Position numbers and translations under genes: made by a program. The notes beneath the pieces were generated by a model. That model made no database searches. It was not told the DNA's origin and saw only the letters and a program-made list of their open reading frames with translations. Source: Planktothrix sp. GU0601_MAG3 (lineage in GTDB: Bacteria > Cyanobacteriota > Cyanobacteriia > Cyanobacteriales > Microcoleaceae). From it: a stretch of DNA of 64,000 bases. Shown in pieces: positions 33,347-45,747 of this stretch. Numbering within the stretch: the first letter of the stretch is position 1; the number at the start of each line of letters is the position of its first letter. The stretch is taken from the NCBI GenBank assembly GCA_035193785.1, contig CP136572.1, positions 3,028,578-3,092,577 of the forward strand, written 5' to 3'.

Positions 33347-35733
33347 CTAACCTAGTTTCAAATACCAAGTGTCACCAAAAATTTCTGCACAATATGACCA
33401 AGACCAGAAGTTATCGTTTCCAATTCCATTTTCATTTTGACCCTGTTGAGTATTCACAGATCCACGACTTGTCGTATTTTGAGTTTCCCGTGTAATTAAA
33501 TCGCTTGTAATCGTTGAGACTGCTATTTTGTGCTTGTCCGTAAGGATCGTCCACAACAATTCCACCACGATTCCAATCGATATCAATAACTTTGACAATA
33601 TGTCCGGGGTTAGTAGTGTAAACACCAGCCATTATTGCCTTGCCTTGCTTGAGTCCCGATTCCCAGTTATCCCTTACAAAATTTTGGAAAAAAGTAGTAT
33701 TAGTTGACGAAAACCCTGGCATATATTGCGTTCCAGAGGAAGTAACGCCAAGATCTTGTGCAAGTTTAGAAAGATTATCCCACCAGTAGCGGGCATTGGT
33801 ACCTTGAGAGCTAGGATATCTCGATGGATTGGCTCGTAATCTATCTTCTAGCACATCTTCAAATTGCTTACTTGAATTTGGATTTTTTACACCAAGAGCC
33901 GTTAAGCAGCTTGCGAGGCTAGTGACGTTGCACATTACATCACCAATTCTTTGACCACCTTCGGTAGAAGCATTATCACGTTGGTTAAAATAAGGAACTT
34001 TATATTGCAAAGTACGATAGAAACCAGGACGCTCAGATTCGGGTTTTTGAGTGACAAGCTGTCTGTATTCTCGAATTTCATCAATAGTGAGCGATGATTT
34101 ACTCCCTAGCTGATTGAGCCGGTCAGGTGTTGGCGGTGAAATGGGAGAATTATCAGAATCAGTTGGTGTTGCTCCTCCCCGTTCAATCCACGAACCCCAG
34201 TTAATTCCATCGGTGGAAGAACTCATGTAGATTTTATCATCTAAACCTTGGTGAGTCAGATAAAGCTTACCATTAAAAGCTGTCATTGATGGAGCCGTTG
34301 GTGTACTTCTGTTAATTGATGTCCAACCTGACCAATTCACTCCATCTGTAGAAGACCGGGTATAGATTAAATTGCGATCATAGCCGCGATGAGTTTGGTA
34401 AAGTCTGCCATTAAATTCTGCAATTGTTGGATAACTTGGTGTCGATCCTCCTCCTGACTCAGCCCAACCTGTCCAATTCATTCCATCTGTCGAAGAACGA
34501 GTGTACATTTTATTAGCATCAAAACCTCGGTGAGTTTGATAAAGTCGGCCATTATAACCTGCTAATGCTGGTGCTGTTGATGTACTTCCCCAAGATTGCA
34601 TCCAACCTGACCAATTCACTCCATCAGTGGAAGAAACGGGTGTAAATGTTATTGTCATAACCTCGGTGAGATTGATAAAGCTTGCCATTTACAGCAGCCA
34701 GAGTAGGTGCGCTTTGTGTTGTTCCTCCTGACTGAGCCCAAGCTGACCAATTAACTCCATCAGTGGAAGAACGGGTGTAAATATTATTGTCATTACCCCG
34801 GTGAGATTGATAAAGCTTGCCATTAAAGGCTGCTAAACTTGGGGCGTTTCGTGTAGAGCCTCCGCCGTTATTATTCCAATTCGTCCAGTTGATACCATCG
34901 GTGGAAGAACGGGTGTAAATATTATTGTCATTACCCCGGTGAGATTGATAGAGTCTGCCATTTAAACTTGCCATTGGGATTTGTGACATCTCAATAGAAA
35001 TGTCACTTCCCGACAAGTTAATCTGTGCAGTATCATCCTCACTCTGCAATCCCTGAAGCTCACCCTCACTCAATACCTTATCCTGCACAACCGCCGCAAA
35101 AATCGCCCCCTCATCTCCGGGTGAATCCGTAATATTCAAGCGCGAATCAACAGAATGCCCGATTTCTTCCAACAACAGATCCGCAACATTGGCCGGATTT
35201 GCTCCATTCCCGGTTAATAATTCTCTCGATAAATAAATTGTATCTGTCGCGGCTGCAAAAGCCCCATTCGCCCCACCAATTTCAGCCGACGAGACAAATT
35301 CAACTGGGGGAATTAAACTAAAATCACCGTTTAACCAATCTTGGGTTAGAACATTTGCAGCTTGAGTATCCCAACTTTCTCCAAAGGCTAAATTCATCTT
35401 TTCGACAAAATTAGGAACCTTTGCAAACTGGGTTAATTGTTCCTTGACAATATCCATTGCTTCACCCGTCAACCCATCGAAGGAATTGTCATTCGGTAAC
35501 GTTATATTAGGGTCAATCGTTGCAATTGATCCTTCAATTTGAGCCAGCAATAAACTATCAGATGGGTTCGGCGTGAGTGCTGGAATATTTGGGTTTTGAT
35601 TAATATGACCGATTAATAAGTCAGATTGTAAAATAACTGCTGGATTAGGTTCTTGGGGTTCCCAATTCAAAGCGGAAAAACTGGTAGATGGGAGCAAATT
35701 CTGACTAGGATCTTGCGAAAGTGAATTAGACAT
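33347..35733 (-). CDS. Multidomain protein: LLEEIGH domain, six Asp-box-like repeats and a C39-like cysteine peptidase (+1 frameshifts at 33483 and 34633)
   Basis: Six NGxLYxxHxG...SSTDGxNW repeats; C-terminal VPYFNQRDN, CNVTS, GHIV and DDPYG. Three ORFs fuse to about 794 aa. Confidence 0.8.
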
Positions 35734-35981
35734 ATATGTTCCTTGAATTTAGGTTAGGTAAAAGTGAGATGATTTTGATAAATATAAATAACTGACTCAA
35801 GTAACTGACTTAAAAAATAGTATGGATGAAAAACCTGTTTTTGTAAAGTAATAAAATATCACTTTTAGGCAGAAAAATTAAAATTGTTTATGTCATAAAT
35901 TGTCATAATATTTTGAAAAATATCAGGTTAAATCATAAAAAGTCTGATATCCTAGTGAAAATACTGATACTTTTTTGAATC

Positions 35982-37353
35982 ATGGATATAAAAGAATTCT
36001 TAAAGTTAGCAGACAATCTGGTTTTTTCGGAGACAGAAAAACATCTGGATGATCTGCAAAAAGCGGTCTTGCGCGGTGTATGGGATGGCCAAAAATATTC
36101 TGAAATCGCAGAAGAATGTTATCGTACCGAGGCTTATGTGAGAAATTTAGCCTCGAAATTATGGAAAATGTTTTCAGGGATTTTAGGTGAAAATATTAGG
36201 AAATCGAATATTAGATCGAGTTTGGAACGATCACAATCAGCTTATTTTTTGAATTATAATGAGTCTGTAAATCTTAGCCATGTTAATATATGCAATAATA
36301 ATTCATCATCAATTATACCCAAAGAGCGATCGCCATCTCCCCCAAAACAACAACAAATTGACTTAGGGACTGCACCGGATCTTAAGAAAATATGCGATCG
36401 CATTCACGAATTAAAAACCCTACAAAATTGGATAATTCAAGAAAATTGTCGCCTAGTTTCTATTATTGGATTAAGTGGTATTGGTAAAACTACCCTAACT
36501 CGTTATTTAATTCAAACCCTACAACCGGAATTTGAAGCAATTATCTGGCGCAGTTTTTCTACTTCCCCCAGTTTAGAGATTACCCTCAAAAATTTATTAT
36601 TATTTTTATCTAATCAATCCTTAACAGATTTACCTGTTAGTTTGGAGGAAACAGTTATCTTTATTAATCGAATATCTGAGAACAAAACGCTGTCTGATTA
36701 TTCTGGATGATGTGCAAACCTTACTCAATCAAGGAACCCTAGCCGGACAATATCATCCTGACTTTAGAAATTATAGCCTATTGTTTAAATTAATTGCTGA
36801 AACCTCCCATCAGAGTTGTTTAATTCTCAATAGTTGGGAACTTCCCCAAGATATTGTTACTTTAACCGATGATAATGCACCCATTCGCTGTTTAAAGTTA
36901 TCGGGTTTGGGTTCAGCAGCAATGGAAATTTTACGCGAAAAACAATTAAAGGATGAGGAACAATGGTATCTGTTAATTCAGACTTATCAAGGAAATCCCC
37001 TATGGTTAAAAATCGTAGCTACAATGATTCAAGACATTTTTAGGGGAAGGGTTGCAGAGTTTTTTAAATATGATAATCTATGCTTGGGAGAGGGATTAAC
37101 CGAAATCTTAAAACAGCATTTGGAACGGTTATCAAAGATTGAAAAAAACGTCATCATAACTCTGAGTGAAGAAAAGGAACCTTTAGGAATTGCAGAATTA
37201 ATAGAAATATCTAAACTATCTGCAACCGATGTATTTAAAGCAATTCAATCTTTAGAACGGCGTTGTTTAATAGAAACTGAAGAACAGCAACAGCAAACAT
37301 ATTTTAAAGTTGCTCCTATTATTCGAGAATATCTTGTTTTAAATTGTCAATAA
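35982..37353 (+). CDS. NB-ARC/STAND ATPase with N-terminal HTH-like domain (+1 frameshift at 36648)
   Basis: N-terminal LDDLQKAVLRG and YSEIAEE; Walker A GLSGIGKTT; Walker B LIILDDV after correction; YQGNPLWLK. Confidence 0.85.
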
Positions 37354-37374
37354 CCAGAAACCCTGTTTTTATAT

Positions 37375-37541
37375 GTAGGGGCGGGTTCTGCAATAATATT
37401 GAATACCAACAAAAGAATTAAATCAACCCGCCATTTTTTTCTATTGGGAAATCAATAATTAATTCAATTTTCGGTTTGGTTTGGGCGGGTTTATTCATAT
37501 TTTTTATTATTATTAAATATTGCCTCAGAACCCGCCCCTAC
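37375..37541. repeat. REP doublet (GTAGGGGCGGGTTC family)
   Basis: Perfect 16-bp inverted repeat at 37375-37390 / 37526-37541, with internal AACCCGCC and GGCGGGTT arms. Confidence 0.85.
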
Positions 37542-37979
37542 GGATTGGAAAGATTTATGATTTGATTCATAGAATCTTCTAACTGTGTTAATAAAGTATC
37601 GACATCTTTTCCCACTTGTTGAAAACAGTCCGGGGGAGTAGGATTAGATTCAAAATAAATTAATCTGACGTTATCAACACCAATTCCAATGATTAATACT
37701 TCTTTTTCCGGTTGATACCCGTCTACAATTCCGACAATTTCTTTTAACCGATTTTCAACATTTTGATTCAGTTGTTCAATAGTTGATTTTGGACAGGCGA
37801 CAAAGTGGGGGGTAGGTTTGAGATCAATTCCGAGGGTATTGGGTTTCTTCTCCCCATTGTTGGTGTAAACCCCAAGTTAAGGCGGCGAATTCCTGACGGT
37901 TATCTTTTACAAACCGATCTAACTGATTTTGCCAACTTTGCTGTCCTAAACCGGGTTGAGTGCTATCAGGTTTAATCAT
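37538..37979 (-). CDS. ccmS: Beta-carboxysome assembly chaperone CcmS (absent from the ORF track; +1 frameshift at 37843)
   Basis: Manual translation gives 146 aa, including WQNQLDRFVKDNRQEFAALTWGL, GIDLKPTPHFVACPK and PPDCFQQVGKDVDTLL. Recognised from memory of CcmS sequences. Confidence 0.8.
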
Positions 37980-38417
37980 TTTTCGACTACTGGTTTTCAC
38001 TGAGATACTATTTTAATCTATTATGGGTCAATTCTCTAAAATTCTATGGGTCTAAGTCGATCTACTGATCAAAACTAGAATAATTTCAATAAAAGTTATT
38101 AATTTACTCAGTATTTTTAATGACTACAGGATTTAATCAATAATTCAGTATCCTGGAAAATACGGTAATTTCAAAAATCGATGTATATTAAATTACTTTT
38201 ATAAATCAACAATTTCGGAAAAAAAAAGCTGAATTCGAGAAACTTTTTGCCTCAAGAAATCGTCTTCACTGTTTGGTGCATTACCTTCAGAGTCAGGGTT
38301 TTAAACATATTTTACATCTACTAAATTATTGATCAGATTAAATTGAATATTTTCCTGATTAATTTAAAGTATTCTGAAAAATAGTATACCTATTGCGAGT
38401 CTTTGTGAGGAAAATCT

Positions 38418-41400
38418 ATGATGAGTCTCGACACTTTTGATTCTGGAAATTTGTTTTTCAGTCCGACCCAGATTATTCCTGATCCTCAAATATTATCTTT
38501 GGGTTTGGGGGTTAGTCTTCCCATGGGAAGAAGTTTTACAGCTATTACTCCGACTGAAACTAATTTGATCTCTACTGATAATTCTGATTTAATTATTGGT
38601 ACGACATTTGATGATAATATTTTTGCTTTACGGGGAAATGATAGGATTTATGGTTTGGAAGGTAATGATATTTTAGGAGGAAATGAACAAGCTGATTACA
38701 TTTTTGGTAATCTAGGAAATGATAGTATTTATGGCGGTCAAGATGACGATACTTTAGCTGGAGGTCAAGATGATGATCTGATTTTTGGTGATGTGGGAAA
38801 TGATTTTATTTTGGGCGATCGCGGTGCAGATATATTATTTGGAAACCAGAATAACGATATTATTTATGGGGGAAAAGATAATGATTTAGTCGCCGGAGGA
38901 GAAGGAGATGATCAATTATTCGGTGATTTTGGAGATGATATTCTCTATGGAGATTTGGGTGCTGATATGATAACGGGTGCAGAGGGAAATGATCTCTTTT
39001 ATATTGGCAAAAATATGGGAGGATTTGCGATTACTGATGCTGATATTATCACGGATTTTACTTTCAATCAAGATGCTATTGGGTTATTAGGAGATCTGAC
39101 ATTCTCTGCGTTAAAGATTACTCAAGGAACTGGGGAATATACTAATGATACGATTATTCAAGATAAAAGTTCTAATGAATATTTAGCAATTCTCAAGAAT
39201 GTAAATAGTAATAGTCTCAATTCTGATAATTTTATTTTTGAAGGTTCTGATCCTATCCCAGAGCCAACTCCCGTACCGACATTAGCACCAACACCAATAC
39301 CGACGGTAGAACCAACTCCCGTACCGACGGTAGAAACCAACTCCCGTACCGACGGTAGAGCCAACTCCCGTACCGACGGTAGAGCCAACTCCCGTACCGA
39401 CGGTAGAGCCAACTCCCGTACCGACGGTAGAACCAACTCCCGTACCGACGGTAGAGCCAACTCCCGTACCGACGGTAGAACCAACTCCCGTACCGACGGT
39501 AGAACCAACTCCCGTACCGACGGTAGAGCCAACTCCCGTACCGACGGTAGAGCCAACTCCCGTACCAACTCCCGTACCGACGGTAGAGCCAACTCCCGTA
39601 CCGACATTAGAGCCAACTCCCGTACCGACGGTAGAGCCAACTCCCGTACCGACGGTAGAGCCAACTCCCGTACCGACGGTAGAGCCAACTCCCGTACCGA
39701 CGGTAGAACCAACTCCCGTACCGACGGTAGAGCCAACTCCCGTACCGACGGTAGAGCCAACTCCCGTACCAACTCCCGTACCAACTCCCGTACCAACACC
39801 TGTACCAACACCCGTACCAACACCTGTACCAACACCCGTACCAACACCTGTACCAACACCCGCACCTGTGAGCGTTTTAGAGTTTAGTTCAGCTAATTTT
39901 AGTGTGAATGAAAATGGCATACCTATTAACACAATTACGATTAATAGAACGCAAGAAAGTAGCGGTTTAGTCACAGCAACCATTACCCCAACAAATGGAA
40001 CTGCAACGGCTAATTCAGACTATAATAGTACGCCCATAACAGTGACATTTGCCGATGGGGATATTACCCCAAAAACTGTTACAATGACCGTGCTTGATGA
40101 TTCAATATTTGAACCAACGGAAACCGTTAATTTAGCATTAAATATTACCACCGGAACTGCAACGGTCGGAACAAAAAACACAGCTATATTGCAAATTGTT
40201 GATAATGATCCGAGTGAAAATCTCCAGTTAAATAGTGCAACTTATTTAGGAACTTCTGGAAATGATAGTGGTGCATCGGTTGAAATTTCTCCGGTTGATA
40301 ATAATATTATTATTGCGGGTAACTTTAACGGTGTGGGAGAGATTCAACGGTTACAAAATGGGAATACAGCCCCATTATCAAATACACCATTAGGCGGTAT
40401 TGTAAATGATTTAGATGTAGATCGAGATAGTGGGGAAATTGTAGTGGTGGGGGATTTTGGAATTAAGGTTTATAACCCTACAGCTAATACGGTTTTATGG
40501 TCACAACCGGGAACTTTTAATCGAGTTGCGATCGCCTCGGATGGTACGGTTGCCACTTTAAATAATAGTACCGATACGATTACCTTATGGAATCCAACGG
40601 GAACCCAATTAACCAGCACAACCCTAACCGGAACCAATGTCAATCCGGCGGATATTACGATTGATCCTACCACTAAACAAGTCTTTGTTACCGGGTATAA
40701 TCAAGTTACCAGTATTTTACAAACTCCTTTCTTACGCGGGTTTGATTCTTCCTTGAATTTGTTATGGAAAACCTGGGATTTTAGTGCAACGGAAGTCACC
40801 GGACAAAACTTAGGGGCAGATACCCGAGGAGAACGGATTACAATTGGTAAAAATGGAGGACTTTATTTCTTAGGAAGAACCGATGGCGGCAATAATGTTT
40901 TTCAACGGGATGGTAAAACCATTACTCAAAATTCAACCACAAATGTTGATGTAGATTCCTTTAGTAATTTCTCCGGTGCTGGGGCGGGAACTTTCACTTT
41001 TCACGCCAAAATTAATCCGAATAATGGAAACCGTTGATCGGGGTCAATTTGTTGTTACCCGCACTAGCACCGGGGCGAATAGTTTTACCCCCAATTCCAT
41101 CACGGCTGACGAATTTGGTAATGTATATATAGGAGGATCTTCGGCTTTTCAATTGCAAAATCGTCCGGCTAAAACGATTAATAATCAACTCGTTGGGGCT
41201 TATACCTTGGGAGAAATGGCCGTGTTAGGATTATCGGCTGATTATACCGTCAGAAAGTTCTGGACTCCTTTAACCCAAACGGGTGACGCTGATGGGGCGA
41301 AGGGAAGTGTAAATGGTTTTGCGGTATTGAAGGGTCAAGCGGTAATTTTGGGGACGGTAACCCAACCCTCGGTGGCGACAACAACTAACGCAATTAATCC

Positions 41401-41449
41401 TAATCCATTGGGAGGAAATGATGCTTATTTAGCCACTTGGTCGGTTTAG
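38418..41449 (+). CDS. RTX-type Ca-binding / Pro-Thr linker / Calx-beta / beta-propeller surface protein (+1 frameshifts at 39333 and 41027)
   Basis: GGxxxDxxx nonapeptides, PTPVPTVE repeats after correction, Calx-beta motifs ([21 protein letters not shown]) and a C-terminal GGNDAYLA. Confidence 0.85.
39260..39868 (+). repeat. Intragenic 24-bp/12-bp VNTR encoding (PTPVPTVE)n
   Basis: More than 15 copies of CCAACTCCCGTACCGACGGTAGA(G/A), followed by 12-bp PTPV units. Confidence 0.95.
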
Positions 41450-41660
41450 GAAATCGCTGATTAGCAATTAGGTTTCTAATCGTTATCTTATATTGAGAAA
41501 CCTAGTTTCTTGGATCTGCGTCGATCAGCTTAAATGCCCTCTGATGCTGTTTTTCTACTTCTAATCCTAAATCCTGAAACCCTTTCACAACTTCCTGTCC
41601 CCTGTCCCTTGTTCCCTAGTGCGTAGCGCTATAACCTATAAATTCTCACCTGCACTGATT

Positions 41661-42509
41661 ATGTTAAAACCCTTGACCATTGCCCGATCTTTACCTCGTC
41701 GTTGGTTGTATCCGGTGATTTCAATAACTCTTACCCTGGGTATTGTATTGAGTTCAACGGTCGCAACTTTGGCAATTCCTTTACCCGAATTAATCTTTAG
41801 AGGAATTCAAGTTATCCAGTTATCAAATTTATCAGCCCGTCAGGAAGTTGCGATCGGGGAACAAATTAATCAAGAATTACTCTCAAAACAAGTTAACTTA
41901 TTTCGTAACCAAGAAGCCCAAAACTATATTAATCAAATTGGTCAACGTCTTGTTCAAGCCAGCGATCGCCCGAATATTCCCTACACATTTCAAGTAATTG
42001 ATGATCGGAATGTCAATGCTTTTGCCACTATGGGCGGGTTTGTTTATGTTAATACGGGCTTAATTGCGGCGGCGGATAATGAAGCGGAATTGGCGAGTGT
42101 AATGGCCCATGAAATCGGACATATTGCCGGACGCCATGCGATTAAACAAATGCGTCAAGCGGCGGTGGCTGCGGGGGTGGCGACGGCCGTTGGTGCGGAT
42201 CAAAATAAATTAGTTCAAATTGGGGTGGAATTAGCCTTAAAACGCCCTAAAAGCCGCGAGGCTGAATATGAGGCCGATCGCATGGGTTTAGCCACTTTAA
42301 TTCGTGCGGGTTATGCTCCACGGGGCGCCGTTGATTTTATGGCCAAACTGTTAAAAAGTGGCTCTCCACCAACTATTATTAGCACTCACCCAGCGACCGG
42401 CGATCGCATTTCCGCCATGCAACGACTTCTTGATCCCAGTATGGTTAATTCCGGCGATGGGTTAGATAGCAATTCCTATCGCGCCACGGTTGAACGCATT
42501 TTGTATTAA
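41661..42509 (+). CDS. M48 family metallopeptidase
   Basis: Motifs NAFATMGG, ELASVMAHEIGH, SREAEYEAD and STHP. Confidence 0.92.
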   Translation: MLKPLTIARSLPRRWLYPVISITLTLGIVLSSTVATLAIPLPELIFRGIQVIQLSNLSARQEVAIGEQINQELLSKQVNLFRNQEAQNYINQIGQRLVQASDRPNIPYTFQVIDDRNVNAFATMGGFVYVNTGLIAAADNEAELASVMAHEIGHIAGRHAIKQMRQAAVAAGVATAVGADQNKLVQIGVELALKRPKSREAEYEADRMGLATLIRAGYAPRGAVDFMAKLLKSGSPPTIISTHPATGDRISAMQRLLDPSMVNSGDGLDSNSYRATVERILY

Positions 42510-42618
42510 ATTAAACCCCAAATTGGGGGAAACTCCACCTCAAACTCCCCCCAATTTGGCCACTCAGTATTGCACAAAATTGAATAGGTATGTTAAGTTA
42601 ACCTATCGAGTAGAGTCA

Positions 42619-42762
42619 GTCAGCCTAATCCACTCTTTTTTAATGAGTTAGGAGCGGGGGAACCATCTTTAGGGGCTTATCTTCGATTGTTTACGATTGT
42701 CGAGAAGGACATCTCTCAGTCCTAGCCCGTCAGCTAACCCCGTCGGCTGTGAGAGAAGACTG
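42619..42762 (+). ncRNA. Cyclic di-AMP (ydaO/yuaA) riboswitch
   Basis: Conserved blocks in order: AATCC, AGGAGCGGGGGAACCA, GGGGCTTATCT, CCTAGCCCGTCAGCTAAC. TCTCTCA pairs with TGAGAGA. It lies upstream of a cation/H+ antiporter. Confidence 0.85.
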
Positions 42763-43014
42763 TTGATCGGCAAGGTTTTTACCATTGCCCTCACCGGAAT
42801 TCTAAGTACATCAGACTCTGTTATTAATATTCAATCCTTGAGGGTTGAATTTGCAAAGGTGTTTGGGGGTCATGGAAATGGCCAGTTTTTTAGTTTGCTA
42901 ATTTTGGGTAATCACAGATACTATATGTAACCCATCCTAAAATTCAACGAGTGCGGGGATTAACAAACATTAATCTCCCCTTGAATTTTGTATTATTCCC
43001 ATTTGAGGCTGACT

Positions 43015-45157
43015 ATGCACCCTGCGATTTTAGTTCTCCTGCAAGTTTTAATCGTGATTGGATTATCCCGATTAATGGGATTATTCTGTCGTCAAATTAA
43101 ACAACCTTTAGTGATTGGAGAAATTATTGCCGGAATTATGTTGGGGCCATCATTATTAGGGTTAATTGCTCCTAATGTGATGACCACTTTATTTCCTGCC
43201 GAAACTCTGCCCTACTTGAATATTTTATCCCAAATCGGACTAATTTTTTTCATGTTCTTAATTGGGTTGGAACTGAACCCAAAATATTTGAGTGGGCAAC
43301 TAGAAAAGGCAGTTTTAATTTCTCACGTTAGTATTGTAGTTCCCTTTGCATTAGGGATTTCGACCGCATTAATTCTGTATCCAATTGTTTCTAATAATGG
43401 TGTTTCCTTCACGGCGTTTGCCTTGTTTTTAGGTTCGGCTTTATCAATTACGGCTTTTCCGGTTTTAGCCCGAATTATTACAGAAAATAATTTACAAGGA
43501 ACTCGTTTAGGAACCCTAGCTTTAACCTGTGCCGCCGTTGATGATGTGACGGCATGGTGTTTATTAGCCTTAGCGATCGCCGTCACCCGAACTAACAGTA
43601 TATCGGGGGCATTTCCGACAATTATTGCCTCAATTTTGTATATTATTTTAATGGCAACCGCCGGGCGGTGGTTATTAAGAAAACTCTCGATCCATTATCA
43701 ACGCACAGGGCGACTCAGCCAATGGGTTTTAGCTTGGATTTATATGGGAGTGGTGGCTTCGGCTTTAATTACTGAATTGATCGGAATTCACTTAATTTTT
43801 GGAGCCTTTTTACTCGGGGCTGTGATGCCCAAAGATCAAGGTTTAGTCCGAGAAATAGCTGAAAAAACAGAGGACTTTGTTCTGATTTTCTTACTCCCAA
43901 TTTTCTTTGCCTATAGTGGATTACGCACGGAAATTGGCTTACTAAATCGTCCTGAATTGTGGTTATTATGTGGGTTAGTTGTGGCGGTGGCAATTATTGG
44001 AAAATATGTCGGAACCTATGTCGCCGCGCGGGTTAGTGGGATTGAAAAAAGAGAAGCCTCCGCGTTAGGTTGGTTAATGAATACCAGGGGATTAACTGAA
44101 CTAATTGTTTTAAATATTGGCTTAAGTCTGGGGGTGATTTCGCCGTTACTTTTTACCCTATTAGTAATTATGGCATTAGTTACAACCTTTATGACTTCGC
44201 CATTATTAGAAATGACCTATCCCAAAGAGTTAATTAAACTCGATATTATTGAACCGGAAATTCCAATAACAATTCCCCAACCTCTTACCCCTGCTTATCG
44301 GATTTTAGTTCCAGTTGCCAATCCCAATACTCAAAGAGGATTAGTACAATTAGCTTTAGCGATCGCCGGAAAACCCCCTGCTGTTGTTCATCCCTTAAGT
44401 TTAATTGAACTAGAGGAAGATTATTTATTTCAAAGTACCCCCGATGAAGCCAACCGCTTAATTGAGAAACAACGGCAACGTTTAGACGAATTAATTCAAA
44501 GTTTAGAAACCTCCTGAACTCAGACAAGGGGTTTATCCCATTATCCGCATTGCCCAGGATGTGGCGAAAAAAACGATAGAAATTGCACAAGTTGATCAAG
44601 CTAATTTAATATTAGTAGGTTGGCATCGTCCCGCCTTCAGTGACAATCGTTTAGGTGGGAGAGTTGGCAAAATTTTGAATAATTCTCCCACCGATGTCGC
44701 CGTATTTGTTAATAAAGAACAGCAACAAATTCAGTCTTTATTAGTGGCTTATGCTTCTAATATTCACGATGATTTAGGGTTAACTTTAGCATTAAGAATG
44801 ATGTTCAATGACCCCAATCGTCAGTTAAAAATTCTGGTGACATCCAACGAACCGGAGGAGGAATTAAGCTATGAATTACGGAACATGATTGATATATTAC
44901 CCACCCGCATTCAATCCCGTTTAGAAATGATTCGACTGCCAGAAACCGATCCCATTCAAGCGGTGATTGAAGCTTCAAAAACCGTAGATTTAACCATTGC
45001 TGGTACCAGTCGCACCTGGGGAATTGAAAGGCAAACTTTAGGAAGGTACACCGATCAACTAGCTCAAGATTGTCATTCATCTTTACTAATTACTCGGAGT
45101 TATTCTCAAGTTACCTCCCACCTGGAATCATTATTACAACAACCAATTAGTAGCTAA
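43015..45157 (+). CDS. CPA2 cation:proton antiporter with C-terminal USP-like domains (+1 frameshift at 44506)
   Basis: Motifs QPLVIGEIIAGIMLGPS, SITAFPVLARI, AAVDDV, LMNTRGLTEL and ILVPVANP. Confidence 0.92.
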
Positions 45158-45183
45158 CCTCGTCATCTAATTATCATCAAACT

Positions 45184-45675
45184 ATGCACAACCATTTTAA
45201 TTTAAAATCCTTAGCTTTTTATGGAACCATGATTGGTTCAGTGCTGATCCTTTTTAAAGGAGTCACAGTCTATGGAGAAACCAAATTAAAAGCACCTATC
45301 ACTATTGGGGGTGATTATTCTATAGAGTTTGATACTCCTCCTCAATGTTTAAAAGACAAAGATTTAACCTTAAAAATTGAACAGTCAGGGATTTATATTT
45401 TTGCTAATTTAGTATTAGAAAAATCCCCAGATAATCTGGATAAAATTGCATTAAGTGGCAAGTTCAAGGAGCCAAAAATGACCTTATCAGGAATTTCAAA
45501 TCCGTTATTATTCTGTTCATCAGATCTGTCTCAAAATCCCAATCAATTAACACTCACAGGAGAATTTAAAGACAAACTATTTAAAGGTCAAATCCAGGAT
45601 CAAACTTTATCCAATCCGATCAATTTTACCGCGACATTAAACCCGGTATCCAAATCGGCAAAACCAGATCATTAA
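45184..45675 (+). CDS. Hypothetical membrane-anchored protein in the antiporter operon
   Basis: N-terminal TM, IEQSGIY motif, co-oriented with its neighbours. Confidence 0.7.
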   Translation: MHNHFNLKSLAFYGTMIGSVLILFKGVTVYGETKLKAPITIGGDYSIEFDTPPQCLKDKDLTLKIEQSGIYIFANLVLEKSPDNLDKIALSGKFKEPKMTLSGISNPLLFCSSDLSQNPNQLTLTGEFKDKLFKGQIQDQTLSNPINFTATLNPVSKSAKPDH

Positions 45676-45747
45676 ATTACTAAAGTTGAGTTTTGTTTGA
45701 GAAAAGGCTATAAAATTTGTAAAAAAAAGTTAATTACAGCTTAGATT

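Noticed and set aside
39158..39983. [16 protein letters not shown] and GTGVGST repeat proteins
   Set aside because: These are alternative frames of the 24-bp VNTR. The real frame is PTPVPTVE once the extra A at 39333 is removed.
42697..42930. 77-aa ORF upstream of the antiporter
   Set aside because: It overlaps the riboswitch, has a TTG start and shows no recognisable protein features.
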